Shown piece after piece: positions 7,426 through 16,062 of a stretch of 17,014 bases of DNA. Below the pieces are notes generated by a model that saw nothing but the letters and a program-made list of their open reading frames with translations, was not told where the DNA came from and made no database searches. A program made the position numbers and the translations under genes. Source of the DNA: an uncultured archaeon (GTDB taxonomy: Archaea; Iainarchaeota; Iainarchaeia; Iainarchaeales; CSSED10-239); NCBI GenBank assembly GCA_964468895.1, contig CAYXWT010000005.1:1-17014 (forward strand). The letters run 5' to 3'. Positions within the stretch are counted from its first letter, which is position 1, and every line of letters starts with the position of its first letter.

Positions 7426-7848
7426 CTATTTAACTAAAGTTATTAATTTAGTTAATTTTTCTAAATCTTCTTTTTTATAATTTGTAGTAGGCCAAAATGA
7501 GAAATCATCTGTAGAAAACCTTGGAACTATGTGAAAATGTAAGTGATACACACTTTGCTCTGCATCTTTTCCAGATGCATTTAAGATATTAACACCACTA
7601 CAGCCTAATACATCCTTATAATGATTAGAAATAAGCTTTATTGCTTTTATTACTTCTTCAAGATATTTATCTTCACAATCAAATATATTTTCAAAATGCT
7701 TTTTTGGAATTACAAGAGTATGACCTTTAAATTGAGGATTAACATCTAAAAAAGCAAGCACAAAGTTATTTTCATAAATCTTATGACAAGGTATTTCTTC
7801 TTTTATAATTTTACAAAATATACAATCTTCTCTATTTTCAAAACTCAT
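7426..7848 (-). CDS. HIT (histidine triad) family nucleotide hydrolase/transferase
   Basis: Motifs are CIFCKII....P, GHTLVIPK.H and the triad HLHFHIVPR. The track start at 7857 is GTG. ATG at 7848 (MSFENRED...) is the more likely start. The stop codon is TAG. Confidence 0.9.
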   Translation of the reverse strand: MSFENREDCIFCKIIKEEIPCHKIYENNFVLAFLDVNPQFKGHTLVIPKKHFENIFDCEDKYLEEVIKAIKLISNHYKDVLGCSGVNILNASGKDAEQSVYHLHFHIVPRFSTDDFSFWPTTNYKKEDLEKLTKLITLVK

Positions 7849-7896
7849 AACAATCACAATTTAATATAGTTATTTTTATTAAATAATTTTATTATC

Positions 7897-9468
7897 TTAT
7901 ATTAATCCAAAAAACATTAAAATACCTATTATAATAATTACAATTCCTGCAATTAAATGTAAATATTTAATATTTTTTTCTTTCCATTCTTGCACATCTT
8001 TAATTTGACCCATTCCAAAGTATATTAACAATATGACTATTAACATAGGTACTACAAACAACACATTATACCATAACAATAAAGGTACACTTGCTAACAA
8101 ACTGTTAATTGAGAGCATACTGCCTAGTATAATATATGGCCCAATAGTACACGGTAATAAGAACAAAGTTACAAACAAACCCATAAAGAAAGCACCTTTT
8201 GGACTAGTAATTTTAGATACAAACTTTTTCATCGTAGGTCTTAGACTTATAGGCATTTCTGTTCCTAATGATCCTGGTTTATAATTAAAAAAGTCTTTAA
8301 CTTCTAACACACCTAAAACTATTGCAAATAAAGCAACAACTTTATAAATTACAACTCTAATAGGATCTAAAAATGCAAATACTTTAATTAATAATAAACC
8401 ATAAATAAAATACATTATTAAAACTGCTAAAATAAAACACAATCCAGATTTTAAAATTACTTTTTTATTATTAGGATTGGCTATTACTATTGACATTAAC
8501 ATTAATAATAAAACTGCAAGTGCACAAGGATTAACACTATCAGCTAAAGCTAAAAATGAAACTTTTAAAAAACTTATTTTTTTACTTTCTTTACAATCTG
8601 TTAAATCCTCAGAACTAATAACTGCTAAATTACCATCTAGTAAATTAGTATCATCATTCCAATAAAATCTCCAACAAGACAATTGAATAGAATTTTTAAA
8701 TTCTTTAGAACCTTGAGAATAATCTAAAGTTTTATTTTCTAAAAAATTAAATTCTTTATTTTCTAATAGTAAATCTACATTATTAGTATTTAATAATTCT
8801 ATTAAATAATCTGAAGAAAGATTACAATCACATGTTTTTTCTAGAGCTCTATTATTTTTCCAAATAACAGGTCTACCTTTTAATTTATCTAAATTTATAT
8901 TTTCAAAATAATCTGGTTCTCCATCATAAATATTTTTAGGAAGAGGGATAACATTTTCTTGTAAATTATTGAAATTATTATCTATAAAATTAGAAATTTC
9001 ATTATAATAAAATTTATTATCTTTATCAAATATAGCTACAGGAATATCATAACCAGAATTATAAACTTCATTATAATATAACATATATTGTGCATTTTCT
9101 TGCTTATGTTTAACTTCATATTCAATTATGGCTACATCTTTATTATTAACTATTAAATCATTAAAAAGAATAGGATCTATTTTAGCACAATGTGGACAAC
9201 CAATACCTGTAAAATAAACCAAAACTTTAGTTTTAGAATTATTAGAATCTAAAGTTTCTAAAGAATTATCTAAATTAATAGTTGTTGGATCTAAAATATC
9301 AAATGAATTTGGATCAACTATACATTGATCAATACCATTATCATCAATACAATCATCTGATGCATAAATATTAATACTTAAAAAAGATATTAATAAAAAA
9401 ATACTTAAAATTAAAACAATTCTATTTTTAAAATTAAAGGTAAGACTATATTTCTTATTTCTATTCAT
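7897..9468 (-). CDS. membrane thiol:disulfide oxidoreductase: signal/anchor + thioredoxin-like CPHC domain + unknown middle region + DsbD/CcdA-type transmembrane domain
   Basis: 523 aa with an N-terminal hydrophobic segment. VLVYFTGIGCPHCAKI is a Trx-fold CxxC motif. The C-terminal ~230 aa is polytopic, with SVNPCALAVL and LLPCTIGPY, the two membrane Cys motifs of the CcdA/DsbD_2 family. Confidence 0.8.
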   Translation of the reverse strand: MNRNKKYSLTFNFKNRIVLILSIFLLISFLSINIYASDDCIDDNGIDQCIVDPNSFDILDPTTINLDNSLETLDSNNSKTKVLVYFTGIGCPHCAKIDPILFNDLIVNNKDVAIIEYEVKHKQENAQYMLYYNEVYNSGYDIPVAIFDKDNKFYYNEISNFIDNNFNNLQENVIPLPKNIYDGEPDYFENINLDKLKGRPVIWKNNRALEKTCDCNLSSDYLIELLNTNNVDLLLENKEFNFLENKTLDYSQGSKEFKNSIQLSCWRFYWNDDTNLLDGNLAVISSEDLTDCKESKKISFLKVSFLALADSVNPCALAVLLLMLMSIVIANPNNKKVILKSGLCFILAVLIMYFIYGLLLIKVFAFLDPIRVVIYKVVALFAIVLGVLEVKDFFNYKPGSLGTEMPISLRPTMKKFVSKITSPKGAFFMGLFVTLFLLPCTIGPYIILGSMLSINSLLASVPLLLWYNVLFVVPMLIVILLIYFGMGQIKDVQEWKEKNIKYLHLIAGIVIIIIGILMFFGLI

Positions 9469-9524
9469 AAAAATTCACATTTATAATATTATATTAGACC
9501 TTTAAACTTTTAAATATATTTGTA

Positions 9525-10433
9525 TTATTTGGTATAAAACTTATAAGCAATAATTTTATATAAAAGCTTTGCCAAAGTAAAACTTTCAGAAAAATAATTG
9601 TTTTTATCTCCTTTTGGTGCAAATTCAACCAAATCTATACCAATAACGTCTTTATTTTTAAAGATTTCTTTTAATAAATCATTAACTTCATACCAATTTA
9701 AACCACCAGGTTCAGGTGTACCAGTACATTTAATTATAGAAGTATCAAAAACATCTACATCAAAAGAAATAAATACTTTAGAAGGTAACTTTTTTAAAAA
9801 TTTTTTAAGATTATAATTTTTAGATTTAATAATGTCTTCAGATTTTATAATAGATATATTATTAGCAGAACTAGTATTAGATTTTAGATATTCAAATTCT
9901 TCTAAAGACTGAGATCTAACTCCTAAAATCAGGCATTTATGATTTAAAGATACTTTTCTTGTAACACAAGCATGAGGCCAACTATCTTTATCTTCAAAAT
10001 ATTCTCTTAAATCACTATGTGCATCAAAAATAATAACACCAAATTCATCAGTAGAATTCTCTAAAGAATTAACTGTACTTTGAGTTATAGAATGATCTCC
10101 ACCTATAAAAATTGGTAACTTTTCATTTAAATTTAAATTTTGAATTTTATTTGTAATATCTACAATTGCTTTATTATGATTTTTATATTTAGAATTAATT
10201 TCTTTTTCAAGAAATATACCTTGTTCGTAAGGTTCAACTTCTAAATCTAAATCAAAATATTCTAATTCTTTAGAAGCATTAACTATTTCTTTATAACCAT
10301 TAATAGTACCAGAACTACTACTCATATTTGATTCATAATTAATAGGTACAATTACTACTTTTGAATTTTCTTTTAAAGAATATTCAAGTGGTAAATTCAT
10401 AAATCTACTTTTTTCTTTTTTTTTAGAATTCAT
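9525..10433 (-). CDS. speB: agmatinase / ureohydrolase (arginase family)
   Basis: Motifs are GGDHSIT, IIFDAHSDLR, SFDVDVFD....GTPEPGGL and IDLVEFAP, the Mn-binding signatures of arginase/agmatinase. The agmatinase assignment is favoured by the neighbouring decarboxylase (inference). Confidence 0.85.
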   Translation of the reverse strand: MNSKKKEKSRFMNLPLEYSLKENSKVVIVPINYESNMSSSSGTINGYKEIVNASKELEYFDLDLEVEPYEQGIFLEKEINSKYKNHNKAIVDITNKIQNLNLNEKLPIFIGGDHSITQSTVNSLENSTDEFGVIIFDAHSDLREYFEDKDSWPHACVTRKVSLNHKCLILGVRSQSLEEFEYLKSNTSSANNISIIKSEDIIKSKNYNLKKFLKKLPSKVFISFDVDVFDTSIIKCTGTPEPGGLNWYEVNDLLKEIFKNKDVIGIDLVEFAPKGDKNNYFSESFTLAKLLYKIIAYKFYTK

Positions 10434-10441
10434 AATTAATC

Positions 10442-11812
10442 TTATTTAAATTTATTAACAATAGAATTAAAAGAACTAATATTTTTACTAAAATTAAGAT
10501 ATTTAACATCCTCTTTTTTAATAGTAATTTTAGAAGATTTAATTAAGTTTATTTTATCTAAATTTTTAAGAATATAGTCTTCATTTACTTTTTTATTATT
10601 TATTAAAGCATATTTAAAATATTTAACAAAATCACTATGTAAATAGAAACCAAATTCGAAAACATTAATTCCTGCAGGGACTGTAATAATTTTATTAGAA
10701 GTTGTAACTACAGAAACAAAAGCTTCATTTTTTAGAGAATTATTTTTATTTTTAAAATGTTTTATAACTCTAATTAATTTTTTATCATGGCTAGATAAAT
10801 AGTTTTCATATTTATATTTAAAATGAGATGAAAGACCAAACTCTGCATTTTCATGCATTTCTGTGGTTCTAATTTGAACTTCAACATTATAATTTTCAAT
10901 AACAACATTTAAATGTAGAGATCTATAATTATTACTTTTAGGATTTCTAATGAAATTCTTTTCTCTTATAACTTCAAACTTACTTTTTATTAATTCATAA
11001 CATCTATAACAATCTTTTCTATTTTCACAAATAAATCTAACTGCATATATATCTTTAATTAAATTTAAACTTTTTTCTTTTTTTTTAATATAAATATTCT
11101 TAAAAATACTACTTATAGATTTATATCTATAATTAACAAATAATATTTTAGGTTTATATTTATATGGAACATTATCTAAAATAATATCTTTAAAATATTC
11201 TAATTTTTTTTTAGGATATATTTTATTTACTTGTTTTATAAGAGTTTTATATTTCTGTGGGAATTTAGTTTTTATAAATAAATCTTGGATTTTATTTCTA
11301 AAATCATACATACCTAATTGCACACACAAAGGAATTATAGACAATTCTACAGTTTTGAGAAATGTGTTTTTAAACTTGACATCTTTTATTTTATTAAAAT
11401 ATTTAAAAATAACCATAACTTCAGAAAATAAAATTATTACAGACTCAATTCTTGAAAAAGAATTTAGGATATAATTTTTATACTTTTTAGCATTAAAATT
11501 AGAAGAATATAAAATTTCTGGAAAATTAAAATAATAATAATCCTTAGAAATATCTAATATTTGATTATCAATATTTAGTTTGTTTATATTTTCAACAGAT
11601 AAATACTTATAAATATCATAAATCATTGTAGAAAAGATTACATTATTATTATATGATAGCGTATTTTCTGAAATCTCTAATATATACTTAACAAGTGAAA
11701 TTTTAGAAAATATTTTTTTAGAATTATACACTTTTTTACAAATATTATAATATTTTTTAAAATCAGACAAGTATTTTTTTTTTAATAAAAGATATTTTGG
11801 ATAACTTTTCAT
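10442..11812 (-). CDS. RelA/SpoT homologue (RSH): degenerate HD-like N-domain + (p)ppGpp-synthetase-type nucleotidyltransferase domain + C-terminal TGS domain
   Basis: The synthetase core YRYKSISSIFKNI...IKDIYAVRFIC...CY....NFIRNPKSNNYRSLHLNV...VEVQIRTTEMHENAEFGLSSHFKYK matches GRxK...D..A.R...CY...DYI..PK.NGYxSLH...EvQIRT..MH..AE.G.AaHW.YK. The upstream segment VIILFSEVMVIFKYF...ELSIIPLCVQLGMYDFRNKIQDL parallels IKLADRLHNMR...EIYAPLAHRLG...K.ELEDL. At the expected HD position the sequence is TMIYDIYKY. The TGS-like C-terminus reads VTTSNKIITVPAGINVFEFGFYLHSDFVKYFKYALINNKKV. Confidence 0.8.
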   Translation of the reverse strand: MKSYPKYLLLKKKYLSDFKKYYNICKKVYNSKKIFSKISLVKYILEISENTLSYNNNVIFSTMIYDIYKYLSVENINKLNIDNQILDISKDYYYFNFPEILYSSNFNAKKYKNYILNSFSRIESVIILFSEVMVIFKYFNKIKDVKFKNTFLKTVELSIIPLCVQLGMYDFRNKIQDLFIKTKFPQKYKTLIKQVNKIYPKKKLEYFKDIILDNVPYKYKPKILFVNYRYKSISSIFKNIYIKKKEKSLNLIKDIYAVRFICENRKDCYRCYELIKSKFEVIREKNFIRNPKSNNYRSLHLNVVIENYNVEVQIRTTEMHENAEFGLSSHFKYKYENYLSSHDKKLIRVIKHFKNKNNSLKNEAFVSVVTTSNKIITVPAGINVFEFGFYLHSDFVKYFKYALINNKKVNEDYILKNLDKINLIKSSKITIKKEDVKYLNFSKNISSFNSIVNKFK

Positions 11813-11844
11813 AGATAATCTTTATTTTTACTAAAAGCTAGAAA

Positions 11845-12900
11845 TTATTTTATAATTTCTATTTTTGGTCTTTCTAAATTAAAAAGATCTGTATAATAAA
11901 TATAAGAACCAGCATTTAAAAAAACAATTTGGTCTTTTATTTTAGGAACTTTATTAAAATAAACTCTATATCTAAATATATCTTCAGAAGCAGGAGTTGC
12001 ACCTTTAATAACATAAGGATTTCCATTAACTTCTAAACTTTCTCCTTCAACAAGTAATTTTACATTTGTTACTATTGTATCCATTGAACAATTAAACACA
12101 GAAGCATCAATAAAAAGATTATTATCAACAATATTAACTATATTTGCTATTAATTTACCACTTGGAGCAGCTATTGCTCTACCAGGTTCACAAATTAATT
12201 TTATATTTTTAGAATTTACAAATTCTTTAAGTTCTTTTATTTTTTCATAAACAGAATCTATTGTACTTGGATTAGTATTTTTATATTCTACTGGTATACC
12301 TCCTCCAATATCTAGAGAAGATATAATTTCCCAGCTTTTGGAGTTTATAGATTGTTCAAGTTCTCTAACTAAAGACCATTCTGCAAGATTTTGTGTTTTT
12401 CTATGAAAATGTATTCCTAATTGATTTATATTTAAATTATCTTTTAATTTAAGTAATAATTCATTTACTTTTGAAGAATAAAATCCAAATACAAAATATC
12501 TGCCAGTTTGAACAGTATATTCTTTAAGTCTCATTCTTAAAAAAAGATCTATTTTATGATTATTGCTTTTGCAATAATCAAGAATAAAATCTAAATCTTT
12601 AATGTTATCTACAATAAATTTATTAATGTTTTTTTCAAAAATTAAATTTAATTCTTCATTTTCTGGAGAATGAAGCATATACAAAATATTAGAATAATCA
12701 AAATCATTTATATTTTCAAAATGTTTTAATTCATTTAAATGATGTATTAAAAACGAACTATTAGTACTTTGTCCAAGTATATCAACTAAATAAGGATTAG
12801 ACTTAACACTATAGCAAACAACATCACACAAAGAATTAATTTTATTATATTGTTCTATAGCTTTTGATTTACTAATTTGAAATTTAGCTCTTGAAATCAT
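11845..12900 (-). CDS. PLP-dependent Orn/Lys/Arg/DAP decarboxylase family (fold type III), short form; possibly arginine decarboxylase
   Basis: 351 aa. CYSVKSNPYLVDIL is the PLP-Lys motif Y-x-x-K-x-N. Other motifs are GIHFHRKTQ, LDIGGGIPV (Gly-rich phosphate loop), CEPGRAIAAPSG (EPGR) and FLNAGSY. Substrate is inferred only from the operon context with agmatinase. Confidence 0.78.
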   Translation of the reverse strand: MISRAKFQISKSKAIEQYNKINSLCDVVCYSVKSNPYLVDILGQSTNSSFLIHHLNELKHFENINDFDYSNILYMLHSPENEELNLIFEKNINKFIVDNIKDLDFILDYCKSNNHKIDLFLRMRLKEYTVQTGRYFVFGFYSSKVNELLLKLKDNLNINQLGIHFHRKTQNLAEWSLVRELEQSINSKSWEIISSLDIGGGIPVEYKNTNPSTIDSVYEKIKELKEFVNSKNIKLICEPGRAIAAPSGKLIANIVNIVDNNLFIDASVFNCSMDTIVTNVKLLVEGESLEVNGNPYVIKGATPASEDIFRYRVYFNKVPKIKDQIVFLNAGSYIYYTDLFNLERPKIEIIK

Positions 12901-13194
12901 ATTATTTCTATTTATAACCTTTTTAATTATAACACTCTATTTTTCACAACAAAAATATGTTATACAATATATATTATATACTAGAAAAATATATAAATCC
13001 AAAGTTAAACTAGATTTGCTACGGCCAACTACTGTTTAGAAATCAACAACACATATTAGATATAGATATATTTCTAAGCTAATATATTATTAAAAAGCAA
13101 ATTTATAAAATAGGTTTTATTATTAATTATCTATATATAAAAAAAAATATTTAATTTTGCTTTTTCTAAATAAAAATAAATTCAGTGAAAGGTT

Positions 13195-16038
13195 ATGTAT
13201 AAGAATATAATTATTAAAGGTGCTAGAGAACACAATTTAAAAAACATTAATATAGAAATACCTAAATATAAGTTTATAGTTATTACTGGTGTATCTGGAA
13301 GTGGTAAATCTACTTTAGCTTTTGACACTATATATGCTGAAGGACAAAGAAGATACGTAGAAAGCCTTTCTTCTTATGCAAGACAATTTCTTGGAATGAT
13401 GAAAAAACCAGATGTTGATAGTATAGAAGGATTAAGTCCAGCTATTTCTATTGAACAAAAAACAACTTCTAAAAATCCAAGATCTACTGTTGGAACTGTT
13501 ACTGAAGTTTATGATTATCTTCGTTTATTATTTGCAAGAATTGGAGTACCTTATTGTCCAAAACATAATATAAAAATAGAATCTATGTCTTCACAAAAAA
13601 TTAGTGAAAATATAATTTCAGAATTTAATAATCAAGATATAATTATACTTGCACCTATTATTCAACAAAAAAAAGGAACTTATGAAAAGCTTATTGAAGA
13701 TATTAATAAAGAAGGTTATAGTAGAGTTAGAATCAATAACAAAATTATTAAAAGTGAAGAAAAAATAGAACTTGAAAGATATAAAAAACATGATATTGAA
13801 ATTGTAATAGATAGAATAAAAATTAATAAAGATAATAAAAGTAGATTAGTTGAAGATATAGAAAATGCAAATCAAAAATCAAAAACTGGACTTATAAAAA
13901 TATTATTTAAAAATAAAACTAATAAAGAAGAAGAAAAAATATATTCTACAAAAATGTCCTGTCCAGTTTGTGGATTAGCTTATGAAGAATTACAACCAAG
14001 AATGTTTTCTTTTAATAGTCCTTTTGGTGCTTGTGAAAATTGTAGTGGACTTGGTTTCAAAATGGAATTTGATATAAATTTAATAATTCCTAATAAAGAT
14101 ATTGGAATACTTGATGGTGCTATTAAAGTTTATAGAAATGTAATGGATGGTTGGAGAACTCAACATCTTCTAAATGTAGCCAAAGCAAATGGTTTTGATG
14201 GTTTTACAACTATAAATAAATTAACAAAAGAACAATATAACACTTTAATGTATGGTTCTGATCAAAAAATAAAATTTACTTTAAAAAAAAGAGATGGTTC
14301 TGGCTCTTTTATGCACACAGGAAATTGGGAAGGAGTCATTCCTCAACTGGAAAGATTATATAAACAAACAGAATCAGATTATAGAAGAAAAGAACTTACT
14401 AAATTTATGAAAATTCTTCCTTGTAATCAATGTAATGGTAAAAGATTAAAAGAAAAGATTTTATCTGTAAAAATTAAAAATAAAAATATTGTAGATATTA
14501 CAGATTTATCTATTAAAGAAACTATTTCTTTTTTTAAAAATTTAAAATTAAATAAAAAAGAACAAGAAATAGCAAAACATATTTTAAAAGAAATAAATTC
14601 AAGACTTGAATTTTTAGATAAAGTTGGACTTAGTTATTTAACTCTTTCAAGAAGTAGTGGAACTCTTTCTGGTGGAGAAGCACAAAGAATAAGATTAGCT
14701 ACTAATCTTGGAACTAATCTTACTGGAGTATTATATGTTCTTGATGAACCTTCTATTGGACTTCATCAAAGAGATAATCAAAAATTAATAGATACTTTAA
14801 AAAGATTAAGAGATTTAGGTAATACTTTAATAGTAGTAGAACATGATGAAGATACTATTAGACAAGCAGATCATGTTATTGATATTGGACCTGGTGCTGG
14901 TATTCATGGTGGAGAAATAGTTGCAGAAGGAACTCCTAAGCAAATAGAAGAAAATAAAGAATCACTAACTGGAAAATATCTTTCTGGTGTTCATGAAATT
15001 GAACTTCCTAAAAAAAGAAGAACTTTTAATAATTATATTGAACTAAATGGTGCTTGTGAAAATAATTTGAAAAAATTAAATGTAAAAATACCAATTGGTG
15101 TTTTAAATATTATAACTGGTGTAAGTGGAAGTGGAAAATCCACTTTAATTAATGACACATTATACAAAGAAGCTATGAACAAAATCTATAAATCTAAATT
15201 TACTAGTGGAAAACATAAAAATTTAGATTTAAAAAATATAGATAAAGTAATAGCTATCGATCAATCTCCAATAGGCAGAACTCCAAGAAGTAATCCTGCT
15301 ACTTACACTAAACTATTTGATGAAATTAGAATAATTTTTGCAAATACTTTAGAAGCTAAAACTAGAGGTTATAAACCAGGAAGATTTTCTTTTAATGTAA
15401 AAGAAGGGAGATGTCATGCTTGTAATGGTGATGGACAAATAAAAATAGAAATGAATTTTCTTCCAGATGTTTATGTAGATTGTGAAGAATGTAAAGGAAC
15501 TAGGTATAATAGTGAAACACTTGAAGTTAAATATAAAAATAAAAATATAGCTCAAGTATTAGATATGAGTGTAGAAGAAGCATATTCTTTTTTTAAAAAT
15601 ATACCTAAAATTAAAAGAAAATTACAAACATTAATGGATGTTGGTTTAAGTTATATTAAATTAGGTCAAAGCTCAGTAACGCTTTCAGGTGGAGAAGCAC
15701 AAAGAATAAAAATCACTAAAGAACTGTCTAAAATAGGTAGTGGAAATACATTATATATACTTGATGAACCAACTACTGGTCTTCATTTTCATGATGTAAA
15801 AAAACTAATAGAAGTACTAAATAAATTAGTAGATAAAGGTAATACAGTAATTGTAATTGAACATAATCTTGATGTTATAAAATGTGCTGATTATATAATA
15901 GATCTTGGTCCAGAAGGCGGAGATAATGGTGGAAAAATAATAGCAATAGGTACTCCTGAAGAAATCATAAAAAATAAAAACTCTTTTACAGGTATTTATC
16001 TTAAAAAATATATAAATTCAGAAAAAGAAAAGAAATAA
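13195..16038 (+). CDS. uvrA: excinuclease ABC subunit A (UvrA), full length
   Basis: 947 aa. It has two ABC modules, with Walker A GVSGSGKST twice, LSGGEAQRI twice, and LYVLDEPSIGLH / LYILDEPTTGLH. Zn-finger Cys pairs are present (CPVCG...CENCSG, CNQCNG, CHACNG...CEECKG). The N-terminus reads IKGAREHNLKNI. Confidence 0.97.
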   Translation: MYKNIIIKGAREHNLKNINIEIPKYKFIVITGVSGSGKSTLAFDTIYAEGQRRYVESLSSYARQFLGMMKKPDVDSIEGLSPAISIEQKTTSKNPRSTVGTVTEVYDYLRLLFARIGVPYCPKHNIKIESMSSQKISENIISEFNNQDIIILAPIIQQKKGTYEKLIEDINKEGYSRVRINNKIIKSEEKIELERYKKHDIEIVIDRIKINKDNKSRLVEDIENANQKSKTGLIKILFKNKTNKEEEKIYSTKMSCPVCGLAYEELQPRMFSFNSPFGACENCSGLGFKMEFDINLIIPNKDIGILDGAIKVYRNVMDGWRTQHLLNVAKANGFDGFTTINKLTKEQYNTLMYGSDQKIKFTLKKRDGSGSFMHTGNWEGVIPQLERLYKQTESDYRRKELTKFMKILPCNQCNGKRLKEKILSVKIKNKNIVDITDLSIKETISFFKNLKLNKKEQEIAKHILKEINSRLEFLDKVGLSYLTLSRSSGTLSGGEAQRIRLATNLGTNLTGVLYVLDEPSIGLHQRDNQKLIDTLKRLRDLGNTLIVVEHDEDTIRQADHVIDIGPGAGIHGGEIVAEGTPKQIEENKESLTGKYLSGVHEIELPKKRRTFNNYIELNGACENNLKKLNVKIPIGVLNIITGVSGSGKSTLINDTLYKEAMNKIYKSKFTSGKHKNLDLKNIDKVIAIDQSPIGRTPRSNPATYTKLFDEIRIIFANTLEAKTRGYKPGRFSFNVKEGRCHACNGDGQIKIEMNFLPDVYVDCEECKGTRYNSETLEVKYKNKNIAQVLDMSVEEAYSFFKNIPKIKRKLQTLMDVGLSYIKLGQSSVTLSGGEAQRIKITKELSKIGSGNTLYILDEPTTGLHFHDVKKLIEVLNKLVDKGNTVIVIEHNLDVIKCADYIIDLGPEGGDNGGKIIAIGTPEEIIKNKNSFTGIYLKKYINSEKEKK

Positions 16039-16062
16039 AAAACATATAAATTAAGAACTCTT

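Noticed and set aside
7849-7857. N-terminal extension of the HIT ORF (track start at 7857).
   Set aside because: The codon at 7857 is GTG. The ATG three codons downstream gives the canonical HIT N-terminus (M..E..CIFCKII), so the extension is probably not translated.
8033-8665. Two plus-strand ORFs (8033-8284 and 8477-8665).
   Set aside because: They are antisense shadows within the thioredoxin/DsbD-like gene, which has strong motif support on the minus strand.
9598-9816. 72-aa plus-strand ORF.
   Set aside because: It is an antisense shadow inside the agmatinase gene.
15349-15555. 68-aa minus-strand ORF.
   Set aside because: It is an antisense shadow inside uvrA.
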